Assembly (NCBI GenBank): GCA_963665815.1
Contig: OY762463.1
Span: 126,737 to 190,736, forward strand
Reading direction: 5' to 3'
DNA: 64,000 bases
Source of the DNA: Candidatus Cloacimonadales bacterium
Lineage (GTDB): Bacteria; Cloacimonadota; Cloacimonadia; Cloacimonadales; JAIOQZ01
The notes beneath the pieces were generated by a model. That model searched no databases and was not told the origin of the DNA. It worked only from the letters and a program-made list of their open reading frames with translations. The position numbers and the translations under genes were made by a program. Below, piece after piece: positions 59,572 through 64,000 of the stretch (the stretch's first letter is position 1; every line of letters begins with the position of its first letter).

Positions 59572-61621
59572 TTTTTATCCTCTCTATTTCTTTTTTTATA
59601 GTTAAATTTATAGGTTTTTTCTTTAATTCTTCAAGGAAGTCAGGATTTACTTTATCTCTTATTGCCTTATAAACAGATTGCTGCTCTGAATTAAGAACAT
59701 TGAATTTTCTACTAAGGAATTCCTCATACATTGCTAAAGCTAAATTTAAGATTCCGCATTCATTAAAAAAATTCCCTGCTGTTATCAATACTTCGTTCTG
59801 TAGTGAATCCGGATCAGTAGTAGATATTAGGTTTACCATAGTGTTAAATGCTGAATCGGGCTGTTCTGTATGATAATATGAAGTAAACATGTTGAATTTC
59901 ATTCTTTGTGACAACGAAATTGAATCGGAAAAGCTGTTTAAATAAACTAATACTCCATAATAGTCATGAATCCTGATCATGTTTTCAGTGATGTTACTCA
60001 ACATAAGGCTGTCCATTTTGCAGAGACTGTCTGCCAGACAGAGATTATAAACTCTGTTCGCAATATCAAACAGATTGTAGTTTTCATAATGCTTTGCCAG
60101 AGTACAAAACAATTCTTTTTTGTGCTGAAGCATGTCCGGATCGTTAAGAATAAGTTCCAGATTATCAGCACCGTTCTCAAGAGATACTTTGCTTGTAATT
60201 TCCGGTAATATATTAATTATTTTTTTCTTAAGGGAATCATTGTCAGTGGAAACAGCCAGCTCTGATAAGGTAGTTAAAGCTTCATCATAATGATGAAGAC
60301 CTTTCAGGGCAATGTATTTGAATACTAAAGTTGAATCTGTACATGTTGAATATTTCTCAGAAAAATTATCTGTGAGTTCAGTAATCTTTTCATAATCCCC
60401 AATTTTAAGCCTGTAATGAATTCTATCTTTTAAAGTCTTGTAATCCATCTGCATTTCGTTATCAAGATAAAGTCTCTCCACAAAAATTAGACCATTAATG
60501 AATATATCATTATCAGGATTCAAATCAGATATTGCAGTTCTAAGTTTTTTTACAGATAGTTCGTTATTCATCTGCACTTGGTTAATATCAAGATTAAGTC
60601 TTTTTATCATAATTGATTTAGAAGAATTGGGCAGTGTCATATTAAGACTGTCTGATAGTTCAAGCGGTGCAACAACAGAATTCTTCATTCTCGAAGCAGC
60701 AGCATTTACAATCCTATTTCTCAGATTATCAATGAATTCTGTTGATTCCAGGTCTTTAATGTTATCATAAGCCAGTGCAGGTTCACCTTCATAATAATAG
60801 AAATATGCCAACAAGAGTTTTCTGATGTCTTCACGATCAATATTTTCTATACAGTCTAAAACTGAGTCATTAAATGAAACAGCCTTAAAACTCAATAATA
60901 TTGTGCTTAATGGAGTTGCTAAACTTTCTGTCTCAGATGTAATATAATCTGGAGAATACAGTATGTTACATGTTTGCAGCTCGGAAATCAATTGAGAAAC
61001 ATGAGATATCCTTAATTCCCGATGAGAACGAAATTCTTTTGACAGACTGTTCAGCAGCATTGATGATTTCAGATAATCCTCATTTTGACAGAAGCAATAA
61101 GCAAGACATACTTTAAATGTTCCACTAAGTCTTACTTCTACAGGAATATATTGAAGCAGATTATTAAGAGTGAATCTCTTTCCATATTTATTGGCAGTAA
61201 CAAGCATTAATGCCCACTGCCTTTCAGTTAAATCACTGTAAACAAGCTTTTTTATTATGTAGTGAGATTGAACATTAGAGTTGAAATACTTAAACGAGAC
61301 TTCATTATAATCAGATATCAGTTCATCCCAATGAGACAAAACATAATCAGGTTCGAGAGTATCGAAATAATCCAGATATATATCATACTGCCTTGTAAAA
61401 AGCGAGTAATCATGTATAATGTTAATTTTCAGCAGTAAATCAATATCGGTTAAATTTGAATCCGGCATTTCACTTATTTTGAAGAAAGCCGAGAAAATTT
61501 GTCCATGAGCATAGTGATATCTTATTTTCTCAATTCGGTCTGAAAAATTAGCATTCAAAAGAAAAAACTGTGCCAGTAGAGCAATCAGGATAACTTTCTT
61601 TAAATGTTTTTGCCAGATCAT
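59561..61621 (-). CDS. Secreted helical hypothetical protein
   Basis: 686-aa ORF with a signal peptide, overlapping the start of megL. Confidence 0.7.
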   Translation of the reverse strand: MIWQKHLKKVILIALLAQFFLLNANFSDRIEKIRYHYAHGQIFSAFFKISEMPDSNLTDIDLLLKINIIHDYSLFTRQYDIYLDYFDTLEPDYVLSHWDELISDYNEVSFKYFNSNVQSHYIIKKLVYSDLTERQWALMLVTANKYGKRFTLNNLLQYIPVEVRLSGTFKVCLAYCFCQNEDYLKSSMLLNSLSKEFRSHRELRISHVSQLISELQTCNILYSPDYITSETESLATPLSTILLSFKAVSFNDSVLDCIENIDREDIRKLLLAYFYYYEGEPALAYDNIKDLESTEFIDNLRNRIVNAAASRMKNSVVAPLELSDSLNMTLPNSSKSIMIKRLNLDINQVQMNNELSVKKLRTAISDLNPDNDIFINGLIFVERLYLDNEMQMDYKTLKDRIHYRLKIGDYEKITELTDNFSEKYSTCTDSTLVFKYIALKGLHHYDEALTTLSELAVSTDNDSLKKKIINILPEITSKVSLENGADNLELILNDPDMLQHKKELFCTLAKHYENYNLFDIANRVYNLCLADSLCKMDSLMLSNITENMIRIHDYYGVLVYLNSFSDSISLSQRMKFNMFTSYYHTEQPDSAFNTMVNLISTTDPDSLQNEVLITAGNFFNECGILNLALAMYEEFLSRKFNVLNSEQQSVYKAIRDKVNPDFLEELKKKPINLTIKKEIERIKNET

Positions 61622-61625
61622 ATTT

Positions 61626-62393
61626 CTATGCTAATGCTGCACCAAGAGCACCGGTTATAATAGGATTTTCATATCGCGTTATTTCTTTATCGAATACCTT
61701 TGACAAGCAATAAGTTAAATCCGAATTGAAAGCAACACCTCCGGTGAAAACAACTGGGTTTTCAACCCGTAGGGCAGAGGATAAACCATAGATTCTGCTT
61801 GCAATAGACATGTGAACACCACGAGCAATATCATTTGCAGAAACACCTTTTGATCTGTAACCAATAATTTCTGACTCTGAAAAAACAACGCAGGTCTGGT
61901 TAATTTTAACAGGATTTTCTGACTTTGATGCGAGTTCTGATAGCTCTGTCAATTGACAATCAAGAAAGTTTGCAGCCATTTCCAGAAATTTACCTGTTCC
62001 GGCAGCACATTTATCGTTCATGACAAAATTACTGACTTTGCCATCAGGAGTTATTTCAATAACTTTGGAATCCTGACCTCCGATATCAATAACTGTTCTC
62101 GCTCCAGGGAATAAGTGTAATATACCCTTAGCATGACAGATAATCTCAGACAGGAATTTATCAGCAAACTTAATCTGTTTCCTACCATATCCTGTTGCTT
62201 TCACAGTTTCAATATTTTCTGTCTGTAGCTTTAACTTCGACAGCACATTATTATACAGCTTTCTGGCTGTTTCATCCAGATTGAAGCCTGTTAAGCATGT
62301 CTCAGAGTAAGTTAACTTGTTTTCCTGCAGGTCAAAAACAGCAATCTTTGTTGTTCTTGATCCCGAATCAATTCCAATGTTATATTTTTTCAT
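61626..62393 (-). CDS. 2-hydroxyacyl-CoA dehydratase activase (HgdC/BadF/BcrA ASKHA ATPase)
   Basis: GIDSGS.TTK, ATGYGR, EI.CHA.G, DIGGQDSK, MNDKCAAGTG.FLE, CVVF.ESE, GGVA.N, GALGAA. Confidence 0.92.
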   Translation of the reverse strand: MKKYNIGIDSGSRTTKIAVFDLQENKLTYSETCLTGFNLDETARKLYNNVLSKLKLQTENIETVKATGYGRKQIKFADKFLSEIICHAKGILHLFPGARTVIDIGGQDSKVIEITPDGKVSNFVMNDKCAAGTGKFLEMAANFLDCQLTELSELASKSENPVKINQTCVVFSESEIIGYRSKGVSANDIARGVHMSIASRIYGLSSALRVENPVVFTGGVAFNSDLTYCLSKVFDKEITRYENPIITGALGAALA

Positions 62394-62395
62394 AA

Positions 62396-64000
62396 CTATG
62401 AGTATATATGTGTTTTGAGATTACCCGGATTAAGATATTCATTGGCAAGCATCTTGATAAAATCAAGTTCAATTTCTTCCAGACGTTTTTCGCGATCAAG
62501 GTAGTACTGATAGCCATATCCAAGAGTATTCAGCATTGAAATTACCTGAGCTTGATGCAGATTACTTTCATCTTCCATTAGTCTGTTACCTCGAATTGCA
62601 TTTTTAGCAATCTGAAGATCTTCTTCGACAATCAATCCGTTTCCTGCTGCACCAAGAAGTTTGTATATGGCATCAAGGCTTTCTTTTTCTTTTCTATTAT
62701 CCACTGCAGCATACAAATGGAAAAATCCCATATCAGTTAAGGCGGTATGGTCAAAGGAAACAGAATATGCTACTCCCATTTTTTCTCTGAGCTGCTGGAA
62801 GAGTTTTGAATTGATATCTCCACCAAGAATATATGAAAGACAATAGAATCCGGTGTTTTCCTTCCGCATTCCTGCATCAACACTGAAACCGCCTGTATTA
62901 ATAATACTCTGGTTCATTCCTGATCTATTTTTTATCAAATCTTTTGCAGATGTATTGATCTTAGTTCTAATCTTTTCGAGAGATCCAATAGATGTTGAAG
63001 TAAAATCTCTGAAGTTTTTCTCCAATAAGTATCTAGTCTCATCAAAATCAAAATCACCTACAATGGTAAACTGCATTTCAGAAGGAATATAGTACTTTTT
63101 GTACCAGTTAAAAATCTGTTGTCTCGATATTTTGTTGAGATCTGTTAAAGTACCTTTTCTATTGTTAAGATTACTTTCTTTGCCGAAAAACATTTGTCGC
63201 CAGAGCCTCAGTGCATTGCTTGTCGGACGTTCCCTGGATCTGCTTAATGCACTAATTGTTGAGTTTCTGATGTTATTAATATGCTCAGCCGGGAACGTTG
63301 GACTTATAAGTATTTCAGAAATGATATTGAGAGCATTTTCTAATTGCTCTGTGAAACATTTTGCATTTAAACTGGTCGACTCAAATGAACTGGAAGAGCC
63401 CATTACAATACCGTTTGATGTACAGAAATCAAGAATCTGATTATATTGACGATTCTTATTTCCATAAAGCAGACTTGTGGATGTCAGATGATTTATTCCT
63501 TTCTGACCTTTTTCTTCCAGAAGAGATGATACCGGCAGACTGAGAGACAACCCTAAAGTTGGTTTTCCTTTCACTCGTCTGAAGAAAACATTCATACCGT
63601 TTGATAATCTGAATTCATCATGGTCTTTATTGCCTGTGAGAATTGCTTTTACGTTTTGGACTCCGTTTCTGACAAAGAACTGCTGTTTTTTAGGACCCAT
63701 ATGAAAAACTTGAATACTGTTGTCGAGATAGACTTGATTGACATACTTAAGAATATCTTCTTTCTTAACAGAAGATATTTTTTCAGGATAATCCATGTAG
63801 TTCTTATAATTATCTACCAATTCTTCAGAACCCATACTCATTCCGACATTCTCTATATATTCACTTGAATACCTGTGTGAATGAAGTATTTCTCTCTTCT
63901 GCTGTTCAAGTTCGTTCTTGGTTAATCCATATTTTTTCAGATTGTCTATTTCATCGAGAACAATCTCTATAATTCTTGGTATGAACTCAGATTTCTTTGG
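62396..64000 (-). CDS. M16 (pitrilysin-family) peptidase, C-terminal part; start lies beyond the window
   Basis: Frame is open from 64000 (PKKSEFIP...). Motifs LSNGM, ILGG..NSKLF..LREKMG.AYSV. The HxxEH motif is not in the visible half. Confidence 0.85.
   Translation of the reverse strand, partial: PKKSEFIPRIIEIVLDEIDNLKKYGLTKNELEQQKREILHSHRYSSEYIENVGMSMGSEELVDNYKNYMDYPEKISSVKKEDILKYVNQVYLDNSIQVFHMGPKKQQFFVRNGVQNVKAILTGNKDHDEFRLSNGMNVFFRRVKGKPTLGLSLSLPVSSLLEEKGQKGINHLTSTSLLYGNKNRQYNQILDFCTSNGIVMGSSSSFESTSLNAKCFTEQLENALNIISEILISPTFPAEHINNIRNSTISALSRSRERPTSNALRLWRQMFFGKESNLNNRKGTLTDLNKISRQQIFNWYKKYYIPSEMQFTIVGDFDFDETRYLLEKNFRDFTSTSIGSLEKIRTKINTSAKDLIKNRSGMNQSIINTGGFSVDAGMRKENTGFYCLSYILGGDINSKLFQQLREKMGVAYSVSFDHTALTDMGFFHLYAAVDNRKEKESLDAIYKLLGAAGNGLIVEEDLQIAKNAIRGNRLMEDESNLHQAQVISMLNTLGYGYQYYLDREKRLEEIELDFIKMLANEYLNPGNLKTHIYS

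Noticed and set aside
1..64000. The many other 60-190 aa ORFs nested in or antisense to long genes; also tRNA/rRNA, transposases, prophage genes and stop-codon recoding
   Set aside because: The nested ORFs lack recognisable motifs and overlap well-supported genes. No RNA-gene or mobile-element signatures were seen. Conserved genes are full length under the standard code.

Overview
AT-rich, gene-dense chromosomal segment from a diderm bacterium. The taxonomy is inferred as FCB group, probably Ca. Cloacimonadota, from a fused lpxC-fabZ, a C25 peptidase and two proteins ending in a YPNPFNPET...KMLLLK sorting-type domain. Most genes are housekeeping or envelope genes: skp-lpxD-lpxC/fabZ-lpxA, pyrG, murI, metF/metH, gmhA, tsaE, megL, bcp, several peptidases and glycosyltransferases. 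I found no rRNA, tRNA, CRISPR array, integrase or transposase. The most interesting part is an accessory stretch at about 38.0-45.3 kb with four elements: (i) a 26-bp duplication of the metH 3' end that looks like an integration scar; (ii) a stand-alone 1071-aa PD-(D/E)xK nuclease / P-loop NTPase gene, a candidate anti-phage sensor-effector; (iii) an APH-family phosphotransferase fused in frame to a RIO-type kinase; (iv) a roughly 500-nt leader for that fusion with three small ORFs, a terminator/antiterminator switch and an RBS-sequestering switch, which together suggest a multi-tier ribosome-sensing attenuator. All family assignments come from motif recognition by eye; no searches were run.
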